Shown: positions 17,168-26,340 of the stretch, piece by piece
Position numbering within the stretch: the stretch's first letter is position 1
Layout: each line of letters starts with the position of its first letter
Assembly: GCA_030041075.1 (NCBI GenBank)
Contig: JASHOP010000098.1
Location: 1-55,247 of the forward strand
Direction: 5' to 3'
DNA: 55,247 nt
Origin: Thermoplasmata archaeon
GTDB taxonomy: Archaea > Thermoplasmatota > Thermoplasmata > Lutacidiplasmatales > UBA184
Position numbers and translations under genes: made by a program
The notes under the pieces: generated by a model
Told to the model about the DNA's origin: nothing
What the model saw: only the letters and a program-made list of their open reading frames with translations
The model's database searches: none

Positions 17168-17646
17168 GGTTCGGAGGGCCCGCGCAGCTCGTCGTGGAAC
17201 TCGATCCACACGAGCGGCGGGATCGCCGCGCTCACCAGCTCCAGCCGAACGTCGACGCGACCGGAGAGCGCGTGGGTCCACGGCTCGACACGCACCTCCG
17301 TCCGGTGGCCGGGCCGGAGCTCGAGGGGCGCCTCCCGGGAAACGGAACTGCCCGGGGTCCACGGGGCGCCGGCTCCCGGCCGAACCGCCGTGCACGCCGG
17401 CGGTACGGGGATCCCGTTCAGGTCGATCCGGAGCGAGCGGAACGCTCCGACGCGCAGGGGCGGGTTCGCCAGGGCGAACGCCAGCCCGCGATCGGTCCGG
17501 CGGAGCGACCCGACCTCGTACACGGACTCCTCGACGGTCGCCGCGATCCCCGCGAGCGCCTCGAGCGCGTGCCGGCCGAACTCGACCTCGAGGGAGATCG
17601 CCTGGTGGGCGAGCGACAGCCAAGCGCCGAACCCGCGGGCGCTCAC
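17164..17646 (-). CDS. Hypothetical protein translationally coupled to the GDE-like hydrolase. The GTG start at 17646 is tentative.
   Basis: About 160 aa. Third-position GC is above 90% by hand count and composition is normal (AISLEVEFGRHALEALAGIAATVEESVYEV, VDVRLELVSAAIPPLVWIEFHDEL). A purine-rich AGGAGA lies about 14 nt upstream of the GTG. No family was recognised. Confidence 0.55.
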   Translation of the reverse strand: MSARGFGAWLSLAHQAISLEVEFGRHALEALAGIAATVEESVYEVGSLRRTDRGLAFALANPPLRVGAFRSLRIDLNGIPVPPACTAVRPGAGAPWTPGSSVSREAPLELRPGHRTEVRVEPWTHALSGRVDVRLELVSAAIPPLVWIEFHDELRGPSEP

Positions 17647-17912
17647 GCGGCCAGGAGGTCTCCTGCGCGCATAGCGGTTCGCGCTTCCGGTCCCGCGTGG
17701 GGGAGTCCGGGCGATGAGCGGGGTACGAGCCGCTCCGTGGAGCCCACGGGAACGCGGGTCGACGCGGGCCGCCGCCGTCCTGCCGCCGGATTGCTCGCGC
17801 TGCGGCACCGTTGCGCGCGGAGCAACGGGGCCCGAGCCGCGAAACGATTTAGCGCGCCCCCCGCCTCGTTCCGGCCCCGGAGCCGTCCCCACGGTCAGCC
17901 CGGGTCCCCGGA

Positions 17913-18839
17913 ATGCCGCGATCCCTGGCCGAAGCACTTCGCGCCCACCCCCTCTTCTTCGCCCCGGTGCCGCCCCCGAGCCGCGCGTCGCCCCACCGCG
18001 CTGCCGAACGGATCGAGGAGGTCGTCCGGTTGATCGAGCGGATCCCCCGGATCGACGCCGTCGACATCCCCGAGCTGGTCGACGAGAACCACGAGGGGCG
18101 CCCGAGGTACCGGACCGACGACCCGCGCCGCTACGCGCGCACCATCGCCGACCGGAGCGGCCGCGAGGTGATCGTCAACAAGGTCGTGGCCCACCTCGAG
18201 AGCTCCGAGGCGCTCGGGGCCTGGGCCCGGGAGACGGTCGGGATCGGGGTCCGGAACACCGTGCTGGTCGGCGGGACGAGCCGGTTCATCCCGTATCCCG
18301 GCCCCCCGGTCGCGGAGGCGAATCGGATCGTCCACCCGATCGTCGCGGGCTCGAACGGGCACGTCGGGAACATCGCGATCCCGCAGCGCCGCGGCGAGGC
18401 CCACCGGATGGTCTCGAAGACCCGGGCCGGGGCGACGTTCTTCACGACCCAGCTCCTGTTCTCGGCGGACGCCGTCGGCGAGATGCTGACCGCGTACGAC
18501 CGGCTCTGCGGCGAGACGCCCGTCGCCGCCGTCGTCCTGAGCTTCGCCCCCGTGGCCGACGAGCGCGACATCGAGTTCGTCCGGTGGCTGGGGGCCGACG
18601 TGCCGGAGGAGGCGGAGCGCCGCCTCCTCAACGGGGACGACGGCGTGGCCGCCGAACGGTGCGTGGAGCTGGCCACCGAGGTCTGGGACGCGGTGAGCCG
18701 GCGCGCCGCCGAGGAGCGCCTTCGCGTCCCGCTCGGCATCAACATCGAGCAGGTGTCGGCGCAGCACCTGGACGGCGCGCGGGAGATGCTCGCCGCGTTC
18801 GTCCGCCGTCTCCCGAAGCCCCCGAACGCGCCGGGCTAG
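17913..18839 (+). CDS. Methylenetetrahydrofolate reductase (MetF/MTHFR)-like protein
   Basis: 308 aa with a TIM-barrel-like pattern. GATFFTTQLLFSAD resembles the MTHFR GAdfxxTQxxFd motif. Confidence 0.5.
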   Translation: MPRSLAEALRAHPLFFAPVPPPSRASPHRAAERIEEVVRLIERIPRIDAVDIPELVDENHEGRPRYRTDDPRRYARTIADRSGREVIVNKVVAHLESSEALGAWARETVGIGVRNTVLVGGTSRFIPYPGPPVAEANRIVHPIVAGSNGHVGNIAIPQRRGEAHRMVSKTRAGATFFTTQLLFSADAVGEMLTAYDRLCGETPVAAVVLSFAPVADERDIEFVRWLGADVPEEAERRLLNGDDGVAAERCVELATEVWDAVSRRAAEERLRVPLGINIEQVSAQHLDGAREMLAAFVRRLPKPPNAPG

Positions 18840-20026
18840 ATCGCGGACCGTCGCGTCTCGCTCCGCGGCGACCGGGGCCGGGTCGGTCCGGGGGCCCGAC
18901 GACGCCCGACGCTCGGCGCGACCTCCCGCCCGTCCTCCAGCCACGGCCCTCCGTCGAGCTCGACGGTCGCCCCGGCGAGCGTCGAGAGGTAGCCGAACGC
19001 GGTCCGGTTCCGTCCGCCCAGGGCCCGGTCGTTGCCGAGCAGCAGGCTCACCGACCCCCGGGCGATGTCGGCGAGCTCCGGGGCGTGCTCGATCCCCGGG
19101 TTGAGCCCGATCGTGACCGCACCGGCCCGGTCCCGCCCGACGCCCCCGGTAGCGTACGACGCGGCGAACGGCTCGCCGCCCCGGTCGAACGCGAACTGCC
19201 GGAGTCGCCCCTGCGAGAATTCGAACCGCGCGCCCAGGGCCACCGGCGGGTCCGACCATCGGTCGTAGATCGGTCGGTTCGCCTCCCAGCTCCCCTCCGT
19301 GCCGCCCGACCGCAGCGGGATCGCGACGAGCCCCGTCGGGATCTGGGTCCAGAAGCGCCCCGCGGCGAGGTCGCCCCGGTCGACCCTACCGTCCTCGAGG
19401 ATCGCGGGGCGCGGCGAGATCCGGGCCGTGAGGTCCGTCCCGTTCGGGTGGCGGATGCGGAGCGTGCGGGCCCGCGCGAGACGGCGGAGCCACCGTCGCC
19501 CCCTCGGACCGAGCCGGTCGGGCGTCGCCCGGCTCGCGGACAGGATCTCCCGCTGCCACGCCTCCCGGTCGACGCCGTAACGGCGGGCCGCGGTCGCCGT
19601 CGCGGAGGCGATCGCCATCCGGGCGGCGCGAAGGCGCGACCGGCGGGCGGCGCGCCACCAGCCGCCGCCGTGCCGGAGCACGATCGCCTCGAGATCGTCG
19701 GCCGGCAGGCCGAACAGGCGGGGGAAGTCGTCCGGCCCCCCGAAGTAGACGTAGACGTCGGCGGACGGCACGGGACCGACCGGCGCCCGTCCCCGCGGCC
19801 GTTCGCCGCGCGTCGCCAGCGAGCGGAAGAACGTCACCTCGTCCTCGACCAGCAGCGCCGGGTCCGATCCCCGGCGTCGGGCCTCCAGGACGAACGGGAG
19901 CGCCCACGGGAGCGCGTGCGTCCAGGTCTCGATCGCGACCGACTCGCCCGGGCGGACGGCGAGGTAGCGGCCGAGGGCCAGGCGGGCGAGCGCGTCGGCG
20001 GCGGGCAGTGGGCTCGGCTCCGGCAT
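18836..20026 (-). CDS. AmpS/aminopeptidase T-like (M29, COG2309-like) protein
   Basis: The ATG at 20026 opens the gene. The N-terminus LARLALGRYLAVRPGESVAIETWTHALPWALPFVLEARRRG matches the AmpS-type opening. The upstream 180 aa of the track ORF is junk. The metal ligands were not verified. Confidence 0.45.
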   Translation of the reverse strand: MPEPSPLPAADALARLALGRYLAVRPGESVAIETWTHALPWALPFVLEARRRGSDPALLVEDEVTFFRSLATRGERPRGRAPVGPVPSADVYVYFGGPDDFPRLFGLPADDLEAIVLRHGGGWWRAARRSRLRAARMAIASATATAARRYGVDREAWQREILSASRATPDRLGPRGRRWLRRLARARTLRIRHPNGTDLTARISPRPAILEDGRVDRGDLAAGRFWTQIPTGLVAIPLRSGGTEGSWEANRPIYDRWSDPPVALGARFEFSQGRLRQFAFDRGGEPFAASYATGGVGRDRAGAVTIGLNPGIEHAPELADIARGSVSLLLGNDRALGGRNRTAFGYLSTLAGATVELDGGPWLEDGREVAPSVGRRRAPGPTRPRSPRSETRRSAI

Positions 20027-20079
20027 GGAGGCGCTCCCGAACCCGCCGGGGGTCGTGAGCGTGACGGTGCCCGGCCGCC

Positions 20080-20730
20080 TCAGGAGAGCGCCTTCGAGAG
20101 GACGGTGGTGGCGGCCGCCATGTCGTCGCGGTCGAGAAGGAAGATCGTGTCGGTGTAGCAGCTCAGCGCCTCGACGATGTTGATCTGCTGGCTCCACAGG
20201 ACGCCGGTGAGGAGGCGCAGGAGACCCGGGGTCTCTTCGATGCTCTCCGGACCGGTCACCGCGACCTCGATCAGGTTCCTCCGCACCCCCACGAGCTGGC
20301 CCTCCCGCAGGTGGCGTGTGACGCGGGGGACCGAGTCCTCGTCGACGAGGATCACCGTGCCGCGCGACACCTGGATCACGCGGCAGAGGAGGTTCTCGTC
20401 GAGGAGCTCCTCGACGACGTCGCCCAGCCGCTGGAGCACATCCGCGCCCTGGCTCACGGTGATCGCCGCGACCTTCGTCCGGGTCTCGATCCGGCTCTTG
20501 CGCAGGACGCGCCGGATGCTCGCCTCGCCGAGCGACTGGCCCCGACCCCGCGGGTAGCGACGGCACGCGGCGATCACCGCCTCCGTCTGCGGGGTCCCGA
20601 GATCCTCCGAGACCCGGCGCGCGACCGCCGAATGGTTCGCTACGCCCGAGCGGATGGCATCGGCGAGGACCGGGTGCCCGTCGAGGTACTCGCGGACGCG
20701 CTTCGCGATCGACGGCGCCGTCTCCGGCAT
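20080..20730 (-). CDS. ACT-domain protein with N-terminal HTH-like region; predicted amino-acid metabolism regulator (COG2150-like)
   Basis: The ATG at 20730 (MPETAPSIAKRVREYL) opens the gene. The C-terminal part LIEVAVTGPESIEETPGLLRLLTGVLWSQQINIVEALSCYTDTIFLL is ACT-like. It is divergent from argG. Confidence 0.55.
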   Translation of the reverse strand: MPETAPSIAKRVREYLDGHPVLADAIRSGVANHSAVARRVSEDLGTPQTEAVIAACRRYPRGRGQSLGEASIRRVLRKSRIETRTKVAAITVSQGADVLQRLGDVVEELLDENLLCRVIQVSRGTVILVDEDSVPRVTRHLREGQLVGVRRNLIEVAVTGPESIEETPGLLRLLTGVLWSQQINIVEALSCYTDTIFLLDRDDMAAATTVLSKALS

Positions 20731-20784
20731 TTTTGTCTCAAATCGGACAAGTATGCCCAACGGTGTCGCTAGACGGTCACATCC

Positions 20785-20791
20785 TATAAAT
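20785..20791 (+). promoter_or_regulatory. TATA box (TATAAAT) in the divergent ACT-regulator/argG spacer
   Basis: The only strong A/T heptamer in a 95-nt spacer. It lies 35-41 nt upstream of the argG TTG start at 20826. Confidence 0.5.
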
Positions 20792-20825
20792 CGGTGGGGG
20801 GGCTTGCACCGGGTGAACCGGTTCG

Positions 20826-22064
20826 TTGACGCCTCGCGAAAAGGTCGTGCTTGCCTATTCGGGCGGGCTGGACACGTCAGTCGCCATCCCGTGGCTTCGG
20901 GAGGCCAAGGGGCTCGACGTGGTGGCCGTGACGGTCGACGTGGGGCAGCCCGTCGACCTCGAGCAGGTGCGCCGCAAGGCGCTCGCCTCCGGGGCGGTGG
21001 CGGCGTACGTCGCCGACGCGAGGCGGGAGTTCGCCGAGGAGTTCATCCTCCCCGCGCTCCGGGCCAACGCGCAGTACGAAGGCGTCTACCCGCTCAGCAC
21101 CGCCCTCGCCCGTCCGCTCATCGCGAAGCACCTCGTCTCCGTCGCCCGCCAGGAAGGGGCGACCCGCATCGCCCACGGGTGCACGGGGAAGGGGAACGAC
21201 CAGGTCCGGTTCGATCTCGCCACGGCGAGCCTCGCGCCCGAGCTCGCGGTCATCGCCCCGGCCCGGGAGTGGGGGATGACCCGGGAGGAGGAGGTCGCCT
21301 ACGCCCAGCGGTGCGGCGTGAGCGTGAACGCGACCCGGTCCTCGCCCTACAGCACCGACGAGAACCTCTGGGGCCGGTCGGCCGAGTGCGGGGTCCTCGA
21401 AGACCCGGCGGTCGAGCCGCCGGAGGAGGTCTACGGCTGGACCCGCGCGCCGGCGGAGGCCCCCGAGACGCCGACGTACGTCACGATCGAGTTCGACCAG
21501 GGCAAGCCGACCGCCCTCAACGGCGAGCGCGCTCCACTTCACGGACTCATCGCCCGGCTCAACGAGATCGCCGGAGCGAACGGGATCGGTCGCATCGACC
21601 ACCTCGAGTCCCGGGTCGTCGGGATCAAGTCCCGCGAGGTGTACGAGTGCCCGGCCGCGACGGTCCTGATCGCGGCGCATCAGGCGCTCGAGGCGCTCGT
21701 CCTCCCCCGGGACGTGCTCGACTTCAAGCGGACGGTCGAGCTGCGCTACGCCCAGCTCGTCTACGACGGCCTCTGGTTCACCCCGCTCCGGTCCGCGCTC
21801 GACGCCTTCGTGCGCTCGACGCAGGAGCGGATCAGCGGCGAGATCACGATGAAGCTGTTCAAGGGCTCGTCGCGCGTCGCCGGCCGTCGCTCGCCCTACT
21901 CCCTGTACGCGGCCGCGCTCGCCACCTACTCGGCCGGGGACCGGTTCCGCCAGGAGATGGCGGAGGGGTTCATCTACGTCTGGGGACTCCCGGCCCGGAC
22001 CTGGGCCGGGCTGTCTCCCCCGACCCCCGCGAAGGCCGCGGCGCCCCGGGAGCTGCTTTCGTAG
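20826..22064 (+). CDS. argG: Argininosuccinate synthase
   Basis: VVLAYSGGLDTSV and GCTGKGNDQVRF are present. The start is TTG. Confidence 0.92.
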   Translation: MTPREKVVLAYSGGLDTSVAIPWLREAKGLDVVAVTVDVGQPVDLEQVRRKALASGAVAAYVADARREFAEEFILPALRANAQYEGVYPLSTALARPLIAKHLVSVARQEGATRIAHGCTGKGNDQVRFDLATASLAPELAVIAPAREWGMTREEEVAYAQRCGVSVNATRSSPYSTDENLWGRSAECGVLEDPAVEPPEEVYGWTRAPAEAPETPTYVTIEFDQGKPTALNGERAPLHGLIARLNEIAGANGIGRIDHLESRVVGIKSREVYECPAATVLIAAHQALEALVLPRDVLDFKRTVELRYAQLVYDGLWFTPLRSALDAFVRSTQERISGEITMKLFKGSSRVAGRRSPYSLYAAALATYSAGDRFRQEMAEGFIYVWGLPARTWAGLSPPTPAKAAAPRELLS

Positions 22065-22069
22065 CGCCC

Positions 22070-23512
22070 ATGGCCCGCGAGACCCCGACCGGCGAGACCC
22101 GCGATCCGCCGTCGTACGTGCGAACGCCCGTCGCCGGGTTCCTGGCGTCGCTGCCGGTCGACCGCGCTCTGGCGCGGCACGACCTGGCCGGCAGCATCGT
22201 GCACGCCGAGATGCTCGGGCGGACGGGGATCCTGACGCCGGCGGAGGTCACGACGCTCGTCGGGGGCCTTCGCGCGATCGGGCGCGAGATCGCCGGCGGC
22301 TCGTTCCCGTGGCGACCCGAGCTCGAGGACGTCCACACCAACCTCGAGTCCCGCCTGACCGAGATGGTCGGTCCGGTCGGCGGGAAGCTCCACACCGCGC
22401 GGAGCCGGAACGATCAGGTCGCGCTCGACGAGCGACTGTACCTCCGAGCGGCGATCGCGGAGGTCGCCTCGCTGCTGATCCGCCTCGAGCGGGTCCTCAT
22501 CGAGAGGGCCGCGGCCGAGGCCGCGACCCCGATGCCCGGCTACACGCACCTCCAGCGCGCCCAGGTCGTGACGCTCGGGCACTACCTCCTCGCCCATTTC
22601 TGGCGGTTCGACCGGGACATCGACCGGCTGCTCGCGACCGCGGAGCGGGCCAGCGTCTCGCCCCTCGGGGCCGGGGCACTCGCCGGTTCGACCCTCCCGA
22701 TCGATCCCCTCTACGTCGCGACGCGCCTCGGCTTCGCCCGACCGTTCGAGAACTCCCTGGACGCGGTCAGCGACCGGGACCCGCTCGCCGAGGTCCTGTT
22801 CGACCTGGCGCTCGCGCTCGTCCATGCGAGCGGCCTGGGCGAGGAGATCGTCCTGTTCGCGTCGAAGGAGTTCGCCTTCGTCCGGCGCACCGCCGCGCTC
22901 GGTTCGGGCAGCAGCCTGATGCCGCAGAAGCGGAACCCCGACGCCGCGGAGCTCGTCCGGGCGAAGTGCGGGCGGGCGATCGGGGACCTCGTCGCCCTCG
23001 CGACCGTCCTGAAGGGGGTTCCGCTCTCCTACGACCGGGACCTCCAGGAGGACAAGCCCCCGCTGTTCGACTCGGTCGCCACCGCGAAGGAGGTGGTCGG
23101 CGCGCTGATCGCGCTCGTCGGATCGCTCGAGTTCGACCGCGAGCGGCTCCGGGCGGCGGCGGAGGATCCCGAGATGCTGGCGACCGACCTCGTCGAGCAC
23201 CTCGTCGGACGGGGGGTGCCGTTCCGCGAGGCCCACGAGGCGGTCGGCGCGATCGCGCGCCGCGCGGCGGGACCGATCGCGGAGGCGGAGCTCCGCTCCG
23301 CCCTGCCGGCCGCGGGACCCGACCTTGCGAAGATCCTCGACCCGGGCGCCGCGGCCGACCGCCGCGCGACGCCGGGCGGCCCGTCCGCGAAGGCGCTCGC
23401 CGCGCAGCTCGCCCTCGCCCGCGCCCGGTGCGAGCACCGGACCGAATCCCTCTCCTCCCTCGCCCGAAGCGTCGAGCGCGTCGAGGAGCTCGTGAACGAG
23501 GAACGAAAATGA
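22070..23512 (+). CDS. argH: Argininosuccinate lyase
   Basis: The ATG at 22070 opens the gene. SRNDQVALD and the fumarate-lyase signature GSSLMPQKRNPD are present. Confidence 0.9.
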   Translation: MARETPTGETRDPPSYVRTPVAGFLASLPVDRALARHDLAGSIVHAEMLGRTGILTPAEVTTLVGGLRAIGREIAGGSFPWRPELEDVHTNLESRLTEMVGPVGGKLHTARSRNDQVALDERLYLRAAIAEVASLLIRLERVLIERAAAEAATPMPGYTHLQRAQVVTLGHYLLAHFWRFDRDIDRLLATAERASVSPLGAGALAGSTLPIDPLYVATRLGFARPFENSLDAVSDRDPLAEVLFDLALALVHASGLGEEIVLFASKEFAFVRRTAALGSGSSLMPQKRNPDAAELVRAKCGRAIGDLVALATVLKGVPLSYDRDLQEDKPPLFDSVATAKEVVGALIALVGSLEFDRERLRAAAEDPEMLATDLVEHLVGRGVPFREAHEAVGAIARRAAGPIAEAELRSALPAAGPDLAKILDPGAAADRRATPGGPSAKALAAQLALARARCEHRTESLSSLARSVERVEELVNEERK

Positions 23513-23670
23513 CGGAGTGTCCGGAGTGCGCAGCCCGCGTCGACCACCACGACAAGATCCTGGGCGAGGTGTTTCCGTGCCGAGACTGCGGAACCGAGCT
23601 CGAGGTAGCGGCGACCGAGCCGTTCTCGGTCCAGCCCGCGCCAAGGGAAGCCGAGGACTGGGGTGAGTGA
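23509..23670 (+). CDS. lysW: Amino-group carrier protein LysW
   Basis: 53 aa. A zinc ribbon CPECxx...CRDCG is present, and the protein ends in EDWGE, the LysW signature. The ATG overlaps the argH stop (ATGA). Confidence 0.9.
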   Translation: MTECPECAARVDHHDKILGEVFPCRDCGTELEVAATEPFSVQPAPREAEDWGE

Positions 23671-24514
23671 GGGGTTCCGGCTCGGGATCTTCTTCACGAT
23701 CGTCCGCCCCGAGGAGAAGGCGATCCTCGCGGCGGCGGAGGAGCGCGGTGTTCCGGTCGAGCGCTACGACGACGGCGAGGCGACGTTCGGGCTGGAACCG
23801 CCCCCGAACCTTCCGGGCGTCGTGATCAACCGGTCGGTCAGCCACACGCGCTCGGTCTACGCGACCCGGTGCTTCGCCCACTACGGGGTCCCGACGGTCA
23901 ACGCGCCGGACGTCGTCGAGCTCGCGGGCGACAAGGTCCGGACCTCCCTCCGCCTCGCCGAGCGGGGGATCCCCACCCCCCGGACGGTGGTGGCGCTGTC
24001 GCCCGAGGCCGCGCGCAAGGCGATCGACCAGATCGGCTTCCCCGCGGTCCTGAAGCCGGCGATCGGGTCGTGGGGGCGCCTGATGGCCAAGGTCGACGAC
24101 GGCCCGTCGGCCGACCAGATCATCGAGCACAAGAGCGCGCTGGGGTCGCCGATCCACTCCGTCTTCTACGTCCAGGAGTTCGTCGACAAGCCCGGCCGCG
24201 ACCTGCGGGTGTTCGTCATCGGCGATCGGGCCGTCGCCGCGATGTACCGCCGGTCGGAGGACTGGCGCACGAACGCCGCGCGCGGGGCCTCCGGCGAGAC
24301 CGCGCCCCTCACCCCGGAACTCTCCGAGCTCGCCGTCCGGGCCGCCGAGGCGGTCGGTGGGGGCGCGCTGGCCGTCGACCTGATGGAGTCGAAGCGGGGG
24401 CTCCTCGTGCACGAGGTCAACCCCACGCCCGAGTTCCGGGTGCTCGCGGCGACGACCGGGGTCGACATCGCCGCCGGGATCGTGGCGTACGCCGTCGGGA
24501 TCGGCCGGCGATGA
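23663..24514 (+). CDS. lysX: LysW-glutamate / alpha-aminoadipate ligase (LysX/ArgX, RimK-type ATP-grasp)
   Basis: FPAVLKPAIGSWGRL is the LysX GSWGR motif. The GTG start overlaps lysW by 8 nt. Confidence 0.85.
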   Translation: MSEGFRLGIFFTIVRPEEKAILAAAEERGVPVERYDDGEATFGLEPPPNLPGVVINRSVSHTRSVYATRCFAHYGVPTVNAPDVVELAGDKVRTSLRLAERGIPTPRTVVALSPEAARKAIDQIGFPAVLKPAIGSWGRLMAKVDDGPSADQIIEHKSALGSPIHSVFYVQEFVDKPGRDLRVFVIGDRAVAAMYRRSEDWRTNAARGASGETAPLTPELSELAVRAAEAVGGGALAVDLMESKRGLLVHEVNPTPEFRVLAATTGVDIAAGIVAYAVGIGRR

Positions 24515-25536
24515 ACGTCGCGATCGTCGGAGGCTCGGGCTACACCGGCGGGGAGCTCCTCCGGATCCTCCTAGGCCACCCGCAGGTCGAGGTGCGCCAG
24601 GTCACCTCCGAGGCGATGGCCGGTAAGCCGGTCTGGCGCGCCCACCCGAACCTACGCAAGGCGACCTCGCTCGCCTTCGTCGCCCGTTCCGCCCTCCAGC
24701 CCGCGGACGTGACGTTCCTCGCGACGCCGCACGGCGGGTCGGTCCCGCTCGTGCCCTCGCTCCTCCGCGACGGAGGCACGGTGATCGACCTGTCGGCCGA
24801 CTACCGGCTCAAGGATCCGACGCGGTATCGCGAGTACTACGGCTTCGACCATCCCCACCCCGAGCTCCTCCAGGAGAGCGTCCTCGGCCTGCCCGAGCTC
24901 CACCGGGAGGCGATCCGGGGCGCCCGGCTGGTCGCGGTGCCCGGATGCATCGCGACGGCGGCGATCCTCGCCCTCGCGCCGCTCGCCCGGGCCGGTGTGA
25001 TCGACGCCCGCCGGGTCGTCGTCGACGCGAAGAGCGGCTCCTCGGCGAGCGGGCAGGACCCGGGCCGCGCGGGGCTCCATGCCGAGCGGTCGGGGGTGAT
25101 GCGCGCGTACGCTCCCGCGGGGCACCGGCACACCGCCGAGATCGAGCAGGAGACCGGCGCCCGCGTCGCGCTCTCGTGCCACGCGGTCGAGGCCGTCCGG
25201 GGGGTCCTGGCGACCGTCCACGCGTTCGCCACGCGGCCGATCGACGAGAAGGAGCTCTGGCGCACGTACCGGGCCGCGTACGGCAGCGAGCCGTTCGTCC
25301 GCCTCGTCCACGAGACCGACGGGATCCACCGGGAACCCGAGCCGAAGATCCTGGCCGGGACCAACTACTGCGATCTCGGGTTCGCGGCCGACGCGCACGC
25401 CGAGCGTATCGTGAGCCTCGCCGCGATCGACAACCTGGGGAAGGGCGCCGCCGGCAACGCGGTCCAGTGCCTGAACGTGAGGGCGGGGTTCCCCGAGTCC
25501 GCCGGGCTCGGCTTCCTCGGCCTCCACCCGGCGTAG
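24511..25536 (+). CDS. lysY: [LysW]-aminoadipyl/glutamyl phosphate reductase (LysY/ArgC)
   Basis: VAIVGGSGYTGGEL and the active-site region VPGCIATAAILALAP are present. The start overlaps the lysX stop (ATGA). Confidence 0.88.
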   Translation: MNVAIVGGSGYTGGELLRILLGHPQVEVRQVTSEAMAGKPVWRAHPNLRKATSLAFVARSALQPADVTFLATPHGGSVPLVPSLLRDGGTVIDLSADYRLKDPTRYREYYGFDHPHPELLQESVLGLPELHREAIRGARLVAVPGCIATAAILALAPLARAGVIDARRVVVDAKSGSSASGQDPGRAGLHAERSGVMRAYAPAGHRHTAEIEQETGARVALSCHAVEAVRGVLATVHAFATRPIDEKELWRTYRAAYGSEPFVRLVHETDGIHREPEPKILAGTNYCDLGFAADAHAERIVSLAAIDNLGKGAAGNAVQCLNVRAGFPESAGLGFLGLHPA

Positions 25537-25545
25537 GGACCGACC

Positions 25546-26340
25546 GTGACGATCGTCGTGAAGGTCGGCGGCGCGAGCGGCAACGGGGTCGACCCGGTGC
25601 TCGCGGACCTCGCCGCGCGGCGGGACTACATCCTCGTGCACGGGGGCTCGGACGCCGTCGACCGGCTCGGGAACGCGCTCGGCCGGCCGCCGGAGTACTA
25701 CACGAGCCCGAGCGGCGTCGTCTCCCGGAGGAGCGACGCGGCCCACCTCGAGGTCGTCGTCCTGGCGCTCGCGGGCCAGGTGCAGACCGAGCTCGTGGCC
25801 GGCCTCGCCCGCCGGGGGGTCCGGGCGATCGGCCTCTCCGGCGTCGACGCGGGCCTCGTGCTCGCGCGGCGGAAGACCGGGGCGCGCGCCGTGATCGACG
25901 GCCGGGTCGTCCACCTCGCCGACGACCTCTCCGGGACCGTCGAGCGGGTCGACGGGGCGCTCCTGCGATCTATGCTCGGCGGGGGCCTCGTACCGGTCGT
26001 CGGGCCCCCGGCGCTCGCGGCCTCCGGGGAGGTCGTGAACGTCGACGCGGACGCGGTCGCCGCCGCGGTCGCGGGATCGGTCGGTGCCTCCGAGCTCCTC
26101 CTGCTCACGAACGTCCGCGGCCTCCTCCGGGACCCGGACGATCCGTCGACCCTGATCGAGCGCGCCCGGCCCGACGAGATCGATGGGCTCCTCGCGGTCG
26201 CGGCCGGCCGGATGAGGAAGAAGCTGCTCGCGGCCCGGGACGCCCTCCGCGCGGGGGTCCCGCGCGTCGTCATCGCCCCCTCGAAGGTCGACGCCCCCGT
26301 CGAGCGGGCGCTCGCGGGCGGCGGGACGGTGTTCGCATGA
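25546..26340 (+). CDS. lysZ: [LysW]-aminoadipate/glutamate kinase (LysZ/ArgB)
   Basis: Amino-acid kinase fold: IVVKVGGA, ILVHGGS and NVDADAVAAAVA. Confidence 0.85.
   Translation: MTIVVKVGGASGNGVDPVLADLAARRDYILVHGGSDAVDRLGNALGRPPEYYTSPSGVVSRRSDAAHLEVVVLALAGQVQTELVAGLARRGVRAIGLSGVDAGLVLARRKTGARAVIDGRVVHLADDLSGTVERVDGALLRSMLGGGLVPVVGPPALAASGEVVNVDADAVAAAVAGSVGASELLLLTNVRGLLRDPDDPSTLIERARPDEIDGLLAVAAGRMRKKLLAARDALRAGVPRVVIAPSKVDAPVERALAGGGTVFA

Noticed and set aside
17808-17828. Hairpin CCGTTGC-N7-GCAACGG in the spacer between the GDE-associated ORF and the MTHFR-like gene.
   Set aside because: This is a short 7-bp stem in GC-rich DNA, with no flanking T-tract and no conserved context that I can judge. 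It is insufficient to call a regulatory element.
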